Assembly: GCA_964598355.1 (NCBI GenBank)
Contig: CAZRBN010000002.1
Location: 1 to 46,611, forward strand
Source: an uncultured Gammaproteobacteria bacterium
Lineage (GTDB): Bacteria > Patescibacteriota > Microgenomatia > Levybacterales > UBA12049
Length of the DNA: 46,611 bases
Direction: 5' to 3'
Shown: piece by piece, positions 1 through 9,663 of the stretch
Layout of the letters: every line of letters starts with the position of its first letter
Numbering within the stretch: position 1 is the stretch's first letter
Notes under the pieces: generated by a model
What the model was told of the DNA's origin: nothing
Database searches by the model: none
The model's input: the letters and a program-made list of their open reading frames with translations, nothing else
Program-made: the position numbers and the translations under genes

Positions 1-49
1 CGACGAATTTATATACAGAGTAACGAAAGCGATGCTCTTTTTTTGTTTT

Positions 50-238
50 TTATAACAATACCACTGGGATAGATAACCCCTTTTGAATCAACTTTTCGAA
101 TTGTGCTTTTCCTTGTCTGAGTAATACTTCTTGTTTGTAGTCATCAATAGATTTTCGAGCTGCTTTTTTGCCTTTTCCAAAGAAAGAGAAGAAGGCAGCG
201 AAGCCATGTACCGATTGGTTCATGGAGAGGATTTTCAT
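50..238 (-). CDS. hypothetical small basic protein (62 aa from Met at 238; ORF stays open to 259)
   Basis: Minus-strand ORF with no recognisable family. A sigma70-like promoter lies inside the 5' end of the longest ORF, so the ATG at 238 is the more plausible start. Confidence 0.4.
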   Translation of the reverse strand: MKILSMNQSVHGFAAFFSFFGKGKKAARKSIDDYKQEVLLRQGKAQFEKLIQKGLSIPVVLL

Positions 239-249
239 ATGTTGCATAA

Positions 250-279
250 ATTCTATCATGACTTGTCAAGATTTGTCAA
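250..279 (-). promoter_or_regulatory. sigma70-like promoter of the small ORF
   Basis: On the minus strand: TTGACA (279-274), 18-nt spacer, TAGAAT (255-250). The predicted start site is near 243, only ~5 nt before ATG 238. Confidence 0.4.
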
Positions 280-657
280 CCTATAGCCTGTAATAACAGA
301 AAATAGACAAGGCCTATAATTTATAGTGTATGGTTTAGATTGATTTATCAACCTAAATTATAATAAGAAAAATATGTGGATAACTTTGGGACAAAAATTA
401 TTTCAATCTTTGGTATTGGACTGATTAAAATAGAGGAGGTGCTATATTTAAATAGTATAACTTTTCTTTTTTAAGAAATTTAACAATCTAATAATGAGAC
501 AATTTTTATATATCTAAATAGTACTTATAAATATCTTTATGTATCAATGTGTGTAAATTTAAAACTTTATACCTACCAAGTGGTTTTTTATACAGCTTTC
601 AGTTTTTCAACTGAGCAAGAAGCTAGGAATTGGCCCTATCTCTTTTATTCTCTTGGC

Positions 658-1440
658 TTACTGAGTACTAAGGGTGGGGAATTTGAATACTGAGGAGAAG
701 AAAGAGCGGAAAGATGGTTTGTAGTCATAGGCATCCATCGACTTAATCCACAACTTAATAAGATTCGGAATGTCTTTGAGTGTTGTTTGGGTTGTCGTCA
801 GAGCTGTTCGGCGATATTGAAGAGTAAAGGGAAGGTTAACAATCTGTCCGTATTGAATGAGTTTAATTAAAAGATCGGAGTACATCATGGCTTTTTCACT
901 GGTGTCAAATTTCAAAAGATCTTTTGGTAACATCAGCCTGTTAATCATCACAGATTCAAAATTAATAGAGACGGTATGGAGAGGTTTGTGGTAGAGCGCA
1001 TCGTATTCCTGAGGGAAGTCTGTTTTGCCAATCTTCTTATTATTTGCATTAATAAGGCTGCATTGTGTCCCCACTGCAACGATTTTCTCATTGTCTAAAA
1101 GAAATTTAACTTGCTTCGTAAACCGTTCTTTATAGACAATATCTTTTGCATCCATCATTGCCAAGAATTGTCCTTTTGCACGGTTAACAGCGCGATTAAG
1201 CGTGACTCCTTTGCCATAGTGCTTTACATTGCGATATATTTTGATGCGTTTATCAAATTTTCTATAGAGTTTTAAAATTTTCCAGGAATCATCGCGTGAG
1301 AAGTCATCTATGGCAATAATTTCAATATTGTCATGGTGCTGAGCCAGGAGGCTATCAAGGCATGAGGGAAGGAAGTGCCCCACGTTGAATACTGAGATCA
1401 ATACAGAAACTAATGGTTTATGGTCAACTAAGGTATTCAT
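658..1440 (-). CDS. family 2 glycosyltransferase (GT-A fold)
   Basis: Intact 260-aa ORF. The N-terminal PLVSVLISVFN...NIEIIAIDDFSRDDS and MMDAKD motifs are typical of GT2 enzymes. Confidence 0.85.
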   Translation of the reverse strand: MNTLVDHKPLVSVLISVFNVGHFLPSCLDSLLAQHHDNIEIIAIDDFSRDDSWKILKLYRKFDKRIKIYRNVKHYGKGVTLNRAVNRAKGQFLAMMDAKDIVYKERFTKQVKFLLDNEKIVAVGTQCSLINANNKKIGKTDFPQEYDALYHKPLHTVSINFESVMINRLMLPKDLLKFDTSEKAMMYSDLLIKLIQYGQIVNLPFTLQYRRTALTTTQTTLKDIPNLIKLWIKSMDAYDYKPSFRSFFSSVFKFPTLSTQ

Positions 1441-1520
1441 AGATTGGGCAGAAATTTGAGCCGAGCTAAGCTCGGTTAGGCAGATTGAGCAGTGGTTATT
1501 AGTCTTACTTCAATGAAAAA

Positions 1521-1549
1521 AGTTTACCAAAGAAGAGATATCTTGTCAA
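1521..1549 (-). promoter_or_regulatory. sigma70-like promoter upstream of the GT2 gene
   Basis: On the minus strand: TTGACAAGATAT (-35 at 1549-1544), 17-nt spacer, TAAACT (1526-1521). The ~70-nt leader contains the hairpin CCGAGC-TAA-GCTCGG. Confidence 0.4.
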
Positions 1550-1604
1550 ATTTCAAGGCTATCTGAGGGTATACTTCAAGGGAACTAAGGTATAACCGAT
1601 TAGT

Positions 1605-4600
1605 TCAATTGCGTTTACCATATCGCATGTTTTGCAGTAACAAAATAACAATACTGAGCCCCAGTATTCCGAATCCCAGATATTCTAAATATTGAGGAAG
1701 GAAGAGGATGATGACATGTCCATGGTTTGTAGTTGGCAGTTCATTGTTTGGCAGCACCCATCCATTCTCCCAATTGTTGACTTTGACATGATCTTTTAAT
1801 TCTTCCCCCCCAAAAAAAGGGAAAATAGTATGTAGTATTTGGTGGAATGTAGTATTTGGTATAAAGTATGCGTGCCAGCCGGGGTCAAAGGCTTGGGAGA
1901 GGACAATCGTCGCATTTTCAGGTAACCCGGAAGTATCTATAGAGTACATAGAAGGGTTGGGATGGGTAAAAGATACGTCTTCTGTACTTGTTGCGGACTG
2001 ATTCTTCCCAGTGTCTGCTAAAATATGGGTGAGAAATTGAGAGGGAATAGGAGAGAGTGAGAGGGACTGTAATTCATTCTCACTTGCGTCATTTCCTGTT
2101 GAAATATTTTCCACATGGAATGTATACCCCAAATTAAAGTTTTCCCGGGTAGGAACCATGAAGTAAGAAATTGCTTCATTCGAATCAATGGGTAATTGGG
2201 TATAGAGAAATGTATACTCTTCAGAGGAATCTTCCGCCCACAGAGTGAGTGGTTCGCCAGTAATATGACGACTGGTAAGAGAAAGCAGATAGCCTTCACT
2301 GCTTTGAGCAGCTCTATCTAAGAAAGAGAGACAAGCATCTGCATGCAAAGCCGAAAGGGAGATCCCTATATTTTGTGTTTTGTCTAATCTTTCCTTAGTT
2401 TGAGCAAGTTGGATAGTACCTTGGGCAAGAGTGTTGCAATTGTTGGCAGCAATTGTTTGGATGTTAGGTAAAAATGTATCTGGAGAAGTGGAAATTTTTA
2501 CCGTAAGTGGGAGTACCTTATTACTTTTGGCTAGTGAAATACTGACTGGGTGAGAAAACGTTTCTTGTATTTTCTCCTTTGGGAGAATTGCTTCCGCAGT
2601 ACCTCTTTGTTGATCTGTTGCTATGACAATAGTGTTTTGTGAAACAGGAAGAAGTACCGTCCCAAGTGTTTGAGAAGGATTAGATAGAAGTGTAAAGTTA
2701 TATTGGCCATTTATTTGGATGTGAAGGGGAAAAGCCGGATTATCAGGGAGCCTAAAGAGAGGATAAATAAGGCTTTGATTGGATATATTTTGCCCAGCAA
2801 TAAATGTTTGAGGAGTTTGGACAAGAAGCGAGATAATTTTTGTAGTAGGAGAATAGATGAGTTTGCCTGGAATAAGTGACTCCACAGCAGTAAATGAAGG
2901 AAGTGTTATATGAGATGTGTAAGCATCGAGGTTTGTTGTGAAGGAGATTTCTTGAGCGTTTTTCTCAATACGAAATGGCAGGGACTTCTGAGTTTTATTG
3001 GTAAAAAGCGACCTGAAGGGAAGGGTAAAGTTAGCTCTATCAGTGGCAATGTAATTCCCATGGAGCTGATAAAACACATCAGTATCTCCCCATTGGTATG
3101 GATTAACTGTTGGCAGATTGGTGGCAGTAAAAAGGGGAGAAGCAGGTAGTCTATAGAGAGTTATTTTCCCAAACTGTTTTATTTCCTGTGCGCCACTATT
3201 GGTCACCATAGCTTTTGTTTCCTGGATTTGCAAACTTTTGGGAGCAAAAGGATAGATACGATTCTCATCCAGAAGAATATAGGTGACTTGATACTTGGCA
3301 AATACCTTATGTAAGGCTTGGGTATTGTGGGAGTAGAGGGCTTGAGAAAGCTCCCAATAATAATTTTCATTTATATTACTCCAAGGATCGAAAGATCTCT
3401 CAAGAGTAGCTTGAGGAATTCCGTACCAAACAAACCCCGATCCACGATAATTATTTTGGTGGTATTCCCAGTTATAAAACGTTGGTTGGGGCAAAGTGGC
3501 AATACGAGCTGGAGTGGGTTGATTGTCTAAGAATCGAATCACATCCATATATTCAGGTTCCATTTTTACCCGAAGTGCATCAAAGAGAAAGTGACCCTGG
3601 AAGACGGGAAAGGAGTAGAGGAGTAAGGCAATAGGCAATAGGGAATAAGCAATAATAATTCCTAGTGATTTAACATACCTATTTTCTTTTTTCCAATCGC
3701 TTGATAGTCTAAAAATTTTACGGTATGGTATATAATCCAGAAAACTGTTTGTAATCTTTTCAGTCACTTTCGAAAACGCGAAAATATGCACGGTTTCACC
3801 ATTAATTTTTTTAATGATTTCTTGTACTCCAACTGCCAATACTATGGTATAGGAAAAGGCAAAAAGAGTGGAGAATTTCGTAAAAGGGAAGCGAAATGCC
3901 TCATTAAAAATTGGTAATAGCCATCGAAGGAATGAGTTCAATAGACTCAACCCCCAGATGTCATTTCCTAAAAAGAAAAAGCTGAGACCAAAGCTGATAA
4001 CAAAAGGATAGAATTCTATCTGTTTGGTCTTTCTTATGGTATATATTCCAAAAAGTAGAAGGGTAATAAAGATAAGACTAGGAATGATAAAAAAGAGCGA
4101 TGTGGTATGATTCCTCCACTGGGGCATAATATATCCATACTCCTGATTCACAAATTCGGCCCCATCAAGCATAAATCCTTTCATAGTTAGGACATCGGCC
4201 AGATTGCCACGGGTTTTATTCATGAGGTAAATTTTATTGCTAGCCATTTGATTGATTTTTGAATTCATAATAACTGGTGCATTTTGAGGAAGACCATATA
4301 TATATGGAAGAAGCCAAAAAGCATTGACACAGAAAATAACAATCAGGATGTTGGTAGTAGCTTGGAAAGCAGCTTTTCCGTATTGGTGCAGGTATACTCC
4401 TAGAATTGATGCAACCAGGAGGAGGTAACAAATAAAAATTTGGGGAACAAAGCCTTGGGGGGTAGAGAGAAGTGAAAAAATAAAAAATGGAATTATTTTC
4501 TTTCGTGTTGGGGTTTGCAGATAGGCAAGGAGTGACCAAGCAAGAAAGGGAAGAAATGCAAAGTGAATGGCAAATACTTCTAAGGGTGTATAAAACATTT

Positions 4601-5006
4601 GAGTAATTCCTAGATTAAAGCCATAAAAAAGAGAACCAAACAAAGCAACAAGCCTGTTTTTTACCAGATGCTGAAGTAGCATATACATGCCAATTACTCC
4701 GAGAGCATGCATCAGAAAGATAAAAAAGTAGCGTAAAATATCTTGAGGTAAGAAAATATGTAAAAGCCAAAGAAACAGAGTATGAAGAAGGTTTGAAGCA
4801 TGAGACATACCATCATACAATCCCACTCCTCGGTATTCTTGCCACACGGAGAAAATATTTCTTTGAAAATTAACTGAAAAATTAAGCTCGGGATATAATC
4901 CATCCCAGCCTGCTAGATAAGTTGCAGGTCGATAATTTGTCAGAAAGAGCAGCATCTCTATACAAAAGATAATGAGGAGTGGCCAGAATCGTTTGAGTAG
5001 ATGCAT
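1605..5006 (-). CDS. large polytopic membrane protein, GT-C-type glycosyltransferase-like (AftD/DUF3367-like)
   Basis: 1133-aa ORF with roughly a dozen hydrophobic helices in the first ~470 aa. A ~600-aa non-membrane region and one terminal TM follow. The N-terminal WDGLYPE...WQEYRGVGLYDG loop resembles GT-C polymerising transferases. Its ATG lies 1 nt after the stop of 5008-5961, suggesting translational coupling. Family assignment is tentative. Confidence 0.8.
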   Translation of the reverse strand: MHLLKRFWPLLIIFCIEMLLFLTNYRPATYLAGWDGLYPELNFSVNFQRNIFSVWQEYRGVGLYDGMSHASNLLHTLFLWLLHIFLPQDILRYFFIFLMHALGVIGMYMLLQHLVKNRLVALFGSLFYGFNLGITQMFYTPLEVFAIHFAFLPFLAWSLLAYLQTPTRKKIIPFFIFSLLSTPQGFVPQIFICYLLLVASILGVYLHQYGKAAFQATTNILIVIFCVNAFWLLPYIYGLPQNAPVIMNSKINQMASNKIYLMNKTRGNLADVLTMKGFMLDGAEFVNQEYGYIMPQWRNHTTSLFFIIPSLIFITLLLFGIYTIRKTKQIEFYPFVISFGLSFFFLGNDIWGLSLLNSFLRWLLPIFNEAFRFPFTKFSTLFAFSYTIVLAVGVQEIIKKINGETVHIFAFSKVTEKITNSFLDYIPYRKIFRLSSDWKKENRYVKSLGIIIAYSLLPIALLLYSFPVFQGHFLFDALRVKMEPEYMDVIRFLDNQPTPARIATLPQPTFYNWEYHQNNYRGSGFVWYGIPQATLERSFDPWSNINENYYWELSQALYSHNTQALHKVFAKYQVTYILLDENRIYPFAPKSLQIQETKAMVTNSGAQEIKQFGKITLYRLPASPLFTATNLPTVNPYQWGDTDVFYQLHGNYIATDRANFTLPFRSLFTNKTQKSLPFRIEKNAQEISFTTNLDAYTSHITLPSFTAVESLIPGKLIYSPTTKIISLLVQTPQTFIAGQNISNQSLIYPLFRLPDNPAFPLHIQINGQYNFTLLSNPSQTLGTVLLPVSQNTIVIATDQQRGTAEAILPKEKIQETFSHPVSISLAKSNKVLPLTVKISTSPDTFLPNIQTIAANNCNTLAQGTIQLAQTKERLDKTQNIGISLSALHADACLSFLDRAAQSSEGYLLSLTSRHITGEPLTLWAEDSSEEYTFLYTQLPIDSNEAISYFMVPTRENFNLGYTFHVENISTGNDASENELQSLSLSPIPSQFLTHILADTGKNQSATSTEDVSFTHPNPSMYSIDTSGLPENATIVLSQAFDPGWHAYFIPNTTFHQILHTIFPFFGGEELKDHVKVNNWENGWVLPNNELPTTNHGHVIILFLPQYLEYLGFGILGLSIVILLLQNMRYGKRN

Positions 5007-5007
5007 A

Positions 5008-5961
5008 TTATGCCTTTATAGAAATACTCGTTTTTGGTACAGAAGTTGTAGCGGAAGAGAATCGCTTGATAGTCAGATGTGGGGTATATACCCCACGAAG
5101 GAGCATGTACAAAGGGACAATTGTTTTTTCAGGAAGCAGTAAGACAGCAAGGGTTTGTAGCAAATTCTGTATTTTGCAACTGAAAGACATATTGTAGGAA
5201 AGTTTTTTGACTGCTTGCTTTCGTATAGTCATAATTGCTCTAAATCGTTTCTTTGGATTTTTCAGTGAGTTATTTTTTCCATGAATTCGATAATAGAGCA
5301 ATTTGTCTGAAAGATTTGCAAACTGTCCATATCTTAGATAAGAGAAAAATGTGTAATAATCTGCATGAATGCTTCTGATTTCTTGATAGAGAATGCGTGG
5401 GTTGGGGAGCAAACTGCGACGTATCATGCATGATGGATGAAGTATAGGGTTATACACACCAAATTTTTGGTAAATATCTTTGTGCGTAATAGGGAATTTC
5501 TTTTCTCCAATAAGTCTATTGTCTGCATTCATAACATAACTTTGGCTTCCCAAAACAAACACTTCAGGATGAGACAGGAAAAAAGCAATTTGTTTTTCCA
5601 AGCGAGTAGGGTGGGCAATATCGTCAGCATCCATGCGAGCAATAAAATCTCCTTTTGCAATCGCAAATCCTTTATTGGCTGCTTTCGTATCTCCACACTG
5701 CTTTTGTAAAAAAACAGCTTTCACTACTGGAGAAAAACGTTTGGTGTATTCTGCAATAATTTCTGTTGTTGCATCTGTTGAATTGTCATCAACAAGAATA
5801 AGTTCAAAATTTGTGTAGGTTTGGTGAATAATACTTTCTATTGCATCATGAATAAACCTACTGCAATTATAAGCAGGCATAACAACTGATACCAACGGTT
5901 GTTTTTTCAATCTACATATCCTTTCTTTGATCTTGATAAGGATGAGTTTTAACGACCTCAC
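5008..5961 (-). CDS. family 2 glycosyltransferase
   Basis: Carries the canonical GT2 signature PLVSVVMPAYNCSRFIHDAIESIIHQTYTNFELILVDDNSTDAT plus RMDADD. The longest ORF begins with GTG at 5961. An internal TTG at 5910, preceded by AAGGA, is an alternative start. Confidence 0.85.
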   Translation of the reverse strand: MRSLKLILIKIKERICRLKKQPLVSVVMPAYNCSRFIHDAIESIIHQTYTNFELILVDDNSTDATTEIIAEYTKRFSPVVKAVFLQKQCGDTKAANKGFAIAKGDFIARMDADDIAHPTRLEKQIAFFLSHPEVFVLGSQSYVMNADNRLIGEKKFPITHKDIYQKFGVYNPILHPSCMIRRSLLPNPRILYQEIRSIHADYYTFFSYLRYGQFANLSDKLLYYRIHGKNNSLKNPKKRFRAIMTIRKQAVKKLSYNMSFSCKIQNLLQTLAVLLLPEKTIVPLYMLLRGVYTPHLTIKRFSSATTSVPKTSISIKA

Positions 5962-5965
5962 CCTA

Positions 5966-5988
5966 CCCCTCTCCTATTAGGAGAGGGG
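5966..5988 (-). terminator. stem-loop downstream of 6045-6926 (no U-tract)
   Basis: Perfect 9-bp stem CCCCTCTCC / GGAGAGGGG with a 5-nt loop, in the gap between two minus-strand genes. The missing T-run lowers confidence that it is an intrinsic terminator. Confidence 0.35.
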
Positions 5989-6044
5989 AGTTGATTAGAT
6001 TTTCCATCTGCTGACAGAGTAAACGACACCCTCATCTCTTAGAC

Positions 6045-6926
6045 CTAAACTGTAAAAACTCTTCTCCAAACTGGCATTTCTTGCCTTGTTCTCACAGCTT
6101 TTCTTTGCGCTATCCTATCGTGCATTGCCAATTGGGAAGCCGTTGCAACTGGACTATCCGTTGCAGTAACAGAATGGTAATCAGAGACAAAGGGATCGTT
6201 AGCTGTGGCTGCATGATCTCTTGCTTGTTGTGTTATTTGGTCAATGCTGCAGTCAGAGTTGTACAACCATTCATGAATAGCTCCGCTAATTGATACATCT
6301 GTATTTGGTGGAATTACAGTAACCACGGTATGTTGTCCTGGCTTGGTAACATCGAGGACTGCTCCGCCTTTTCCAATTGTGTCTACAAATGCTCCATCTA
6401 CAAATGCTCCTACATTAGTGGCGGGACTACAGGCAAACTCCCAATTAGGAGGTCTTCCTGTTGCTATTCCAGTTGTTGGAGTTGCTTTCTCCTTGTAGAT
6501 TTCTGCTTTTTTAGTAAGCAGAAGATATTCGGCAAGTGCTCCGACAGCACAAAGTACAATTCCCCCAACAACAATAATTGGGATAGCCCTGTCTCTCACA
6601 AATATGACTGGCTGACGGTCGTACCACCTTACCCTTCCACCTCTCGTTGGTTCAGTACCTTGTATTGGGCTTGGAGGTTGTGCTTCAGTCTGGGTAGATG
6701 GCCTTACCCTTTGTAATGACGGTACTGTCTCTTCATCTTCTTTGATTTGCCCAGCCGGTACTGCACTAGGTTCAGGTCTCTGAGGTCTTCCAGGTAATGG
6801 TTGAGTTCTCTCTAACCCTAAATCTCCTCCAGCACTTGGTGCCATTGGTGCTCTGGGTAGTTGTCCTGGTTGTTGCCTGTTTGGTCTTTCTGGTATTGTC
6901 ATATCTTCACCCCCTTCCTGGCTCAT
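6045..6926 (-). CDS. hypothetical single-pass membrane protein with Pro/Gln/Arg-rich N-terminus
   Basis: 293-aa ORF. It has a low-complexity proline-rich first ~110 aa, one TM helix (PIIVVGGIVLCAVGALAEYLLL) and a ~150-aa C-terminal domain with no recognisable family. Confidence 0.7.
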   Translation of the reverse strand: MSQEGGEDMTIPERPNRQQPGQLPRAPMAPSAGGDLGLERTQPLPGRPQRPEPSAVPAGQIKEDEETVPSLQRVRPSTQTEAQPPSPIQGTEPTRGGRVRWYDRQPVIFVRDRAIPIIVVGGIVLCAVGALAEYLLLTKKAEIYKEKATPTTGIATGRPPNWEFACSPATNVGAFVDGAFVDTIGKGGAVLDVTKPGQHTVVTVIPPNTDVSISGAIHEWLYNSDCSIDQITQQARDHAATANDPFVSDYHSVTATDSPVATASQLAMHDRIAQRKAVRTRQEMPVWRRVFTV

Positions 6927-6954
6927 TGTTGATAGTAGTTCTATGAACCGTGAA

Positions 6955-7716
6955 CTATGAACTTATTTTTTTCATCTTCTTTGCTAGTTTTTGTAAAATA
7001 AATCCTGTTACTCCTGTTGGGAAAAGTGCCAAAAGTGGTAGTGCTTCTGGGCCTGTAGGAGGGAGGGTTGTTGTGGGGGTTGTTGGGAAAACAGTTGGGA
7101 CAATGGTGGGGGTTGTTGGGACTATGGTAGGCGTTACATTGGTAAGTCCGCCGGTAGGAGTAGGGGCTACTTGCTCTACACAAAATTGAGAGAAATCGCT
7201 TGTTGCATTAGTATCTTCCTGAGATTTAACTTGTGCTTGGTTATTGCTACAAGAGACACCCTGAGGAATTGAGCTAGCCACTTGTCCGACAACGGTAAAA
7301 GTGGCTGTTTGACCAGGATTTAAATCATTCGACTGAATTGTGATTGTTACGCCACTTGGACCAGTGCTACTATCTGGATTGGGTGCAACAGCCAAGAGTG
7401 AGGAAGGTAAGAAATCTGTAATGACAACATGAGTTGCTTTTCCATCTCCAGTATTGTTTACGGTAATTTTAAAACTAACTCTTTCTCCAGGATGAAATCT
7501 GGTGTCGTTAATGCCTAAGTCATGGACATAAGAATTACTTACTGGGTTAAAAACTGTTTTGGTAATAGACAAGTGTGGGTTGGTACACGATTGACCTCCT
7601 CCATATAAGGGAACACATTCTGCATGAGATGAGGGAATGAAAAAGAATCCAAGTAGTCCTAGCAACAACAAAACTGACGCAAAAATAAGGCGTTTCATTG
7701 ACCTGTAGTTTCTCAA
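6955..7716 (-). CDS. LPXTG-anchored surface protein with DUF11-type repeat domain
   Basis: Signal peptide (LLLLGLLGFFFIPSSHA). DUF11-like pattern LSITKTV...GERVSFKITVNNTGDGKATHVVITDFLP. The C-terminal LPPTG, a hydrophobic stretch and a KKMKK tail form a sortase sorting signal. Confidence 0.8.
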   Translation of the reverse strand: MRNYRSMKRLIFASVLLLLGLLGFFFIPSSHAECVPLYGGGQSCTNPHLSITKTVFNPVSNSYVHDLGINDTRFHPGERVSFKITVNNTGDGKATHVVITDFLPSSLLAVAPNPDSSTGPSGVTITIQSNDLNPGQTATFTVVGQVASSIPQGVSCSNNQAQVKSQEDTNATSDFSQFCVEQVAPTPTGGLTNVTPTIVPTTPTIVPTVFPTTPTTTLPPTGPEALPLLALFPTGVTGFILQKLAKKMKKISS

Positions 7717-7922
7717 GAGGCAGTATGAGAGCTGTGTGAAGTTTGTAAAATAAGAGTAAGAGGCCGCCCAATAGACAGGATAGTCTATTATCAGCTTCTA
7801 GATCTCAGTTTCTATAACTAGGAGCTCATACTGATATAAGCCAAGAGAGTCAAAAGGGATTTCTCCATTTGTCTCATCTGGCTCAGTGGTACCTTTGACC
7901 CCTTTATCTCCATTTTTAGGGA

Positions 7923-7952
7923 TTGACAAACCTCAGATGCTCACTCTATAAT
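7923..7952 (+). promoter_or_regulatory. consensus sigma70 promoter upstream of rho
   Basis: Perfect TTGACA (7923-7928), 18-nt spacer, perfect TATAAT (7947-7952). This predicts a ~95-nt leader before ATG 8055. Confidence 0.6.
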
Positions 7953-8054
7953 ACCTTCAGTTGCATTTCGAATCTTCTCGATAGCACGTTGGTTTCCGTT
8001 TCATGATAAAAAATCTCAAAGCTATCCCGGTAACTTTTAATTTTTAAACTTATT

Positions 8055-9401
8055 ATGCCTTATACAAAAAAAGTTCATACACCCAGTGATTTTGTTGGCA
8101 GTGCAGATACAAAAAACACAGAGAATTTCACAGAAACACAAAGTGAAAATGCTGTGCCACCGGTGGATACTGCTGCGCCTTCTATGAATCCAAGGCCACT
8201 TGAAGTAAAACCGTTTCATCATACAACTCACGCTCCACGACCAGTGCAACAAGATAGTGGTGGACTTACGACACCAGCTGTTATGGCACTACAAGGTCCA
8301 ACAGAAGAGGTGAGTGGTATTTTAGATGTTCAGCCAGAAGGTCATGGATTTTTGAGACCTAAATTTATTCCTTCTAATCGTGATGTGTATATTTCCCAAT
8401 CTCAAATTCGACGCTTTTTGCTTCGAGCAGGGGATAAGGTAGCAGGAGTTGCAAGACCTCCAAAAGATAATGAGCGCTACTATGGACTTTTGAAAGTTGA
8501 AAAAGTTAATGAAGAGCCTGCAGATCAGATAGCACGACGACCATGGTTTGATGACTTGATGCCTATTTACCCAAATAAACAGCTTGTTTTGGCAACAGAT
8601 AAAACACCATATTCAACCCGACTTATTGACCTAGTTGCACCAATTGGGTTTGGTCAACGAGGACTTATCGTATCTCCTCCAAAGGCTGGTAAAACGACTA
8701 TCCTTAAAGAGATAGCAGCAGGTATTACCAAGAATTTCCCAGAAGTGCATCTTATGGCAGCGCTCATTGGAGAGCGTCCTGAAGAAGTGACAGATCTCAC
8801 AATGTCTGTAAAAGGCGAAGTCATTGCTTCTAATTTTGACGAAGCACCTGAGCACCAGACGCGAGTTGCAGAAATAGCTCTTGAGCGAGCAAAGCGATTG
8901 GTTGAAATGGGGAAAGACGTGGTTATTCTCATGGATTCCATCACCAGACTTGCACGCGCATACAATTTGGCAGTTGCACCATCGGGTCGAACTCTTTCCG
9001 GAGGATTTGATCCAGCTGCTCTCTGGCCAGCAAAGAAATTCTTTGGAGCAGCACGAAATGTTCAGGATGGGGGAAGTCTTACCATTATTGCAACAGCACT
9101 TGTTGAAACAGGTTCTCGAATGGATGACCTTATCTATGAAGAATTCAAAGGAACAGGCAATATGGAATTGCACCTGGTTCGAAGTTTAGCTGAAAGACGA
9201 GTCTTCCCAGCAATTGATGTTGCACGATCTGGAACACGAGAAGAACAGCGAATCCTTTCTCCAGAAACATATGAAAAATTGGTTACCCTCCATCGTATGT
9301 TGGATATGCTCGGCGAAGATGACAGAACAGAACGATTTATTGAGCAGCTGGGTAAAACAGCTTCAAATGACGATTTCCTCAAGACACTGAAGGCAGCATA
9401 A
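8055..9401 (+). CDS. rho: transcription termination factor Rho
   Basis: Collinear with E. coli Rho from about its residue 50. Matching elements: OB-fold GHGFLRPKF...YISQSQIRRFLLRAGD, Walker A GQRGLIVSPPKAGKTT, VVILMDSITRLARAYN, GGSLTIIATALVETGSRMDDLIYEEFKGTGNMELHL and SGTREEQ. Confidence 0.95.
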   Translation: MPYTKKVHTPSDFVGSADTKNTENFTETQSENAVPPVDTAAPSMNPRPLEVKPFHHTTHAPRPVQQDSGGLTTPAVMALQGPTEEVSGILDVQPEGHGFLRPKFIPSNRDVYISQSQIRRFLLRAGDKVAGVARPPKDNERYYGLLKVEKVNEEPADQIARRPWFDDLMPIYPNKQLVLATDKTPYSTRLIDLVAPIGFGQRGLIVSPPKAGKTTILKEIAAGITKNFPEVHLMAALIGERPEEVTDLTMSVKGEVIASNFDEAPEHQTRVAEIALERAKRLVEMGKDVVILMDSITRLARAYNLAVAPSGRTLSGGFDPAALWPAKKFFGAARNVQDGGSLTIIATALVETGSRMDDLIYEEFKGTGNMELHLVRSLAERRVFPAIDVARSGTREEQRILSPETYEKLVTLHRMLDMLGEDDRTERFIEQLGKTASNDDFLKTLKAA

Positions 9402-9663
9402 CATAAGGTACCTTTTCATACAAAATACTAAGTACCAGATACTACATATACCCCGGCCGAGTTGACTTCCAAGCCCTTCTTTGGTAGCATTAACAATACT
9501 CCTGATGCGTGTTTTAGCAAAGTTTTCCAAGGGAAGTCCTCTTATCAAATGGGGAAAAAATCTTTGGGATTTTAGCCTCTTTCTTTCTTCTTATGCTCAA
9601 AAAAGAATATTTGGCTCTTTAATGTTTTTTGAGGGAAATAAGAATACTTTGGTAAAGTTTTTT

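Noticed and set aside
375-383. A perfect DnaA box (TGTGGATAA, the reverse complement of TTATCCACA) in the 400-bp AT-rich gap 260-657. This raised the possibility of a replication origin.
   Set aside because: There is only one consensus box. The next best candidates have at least 2 mismatches. No dnaA/dnaN or other origin-linked genes are adjacent. A single 9-mer is not enough evidence for oriC.
8631-9382. Minus-strand ORFs of 82-180 aa overlapping rho, plus similar nested ORFs inside the GT-C-like, GT2, M23 and leuS genes.
   Set aside because: They are entirely embedded antisense or out of frame within strongly supported, motif-bearing genes. Their own composition is implausible.
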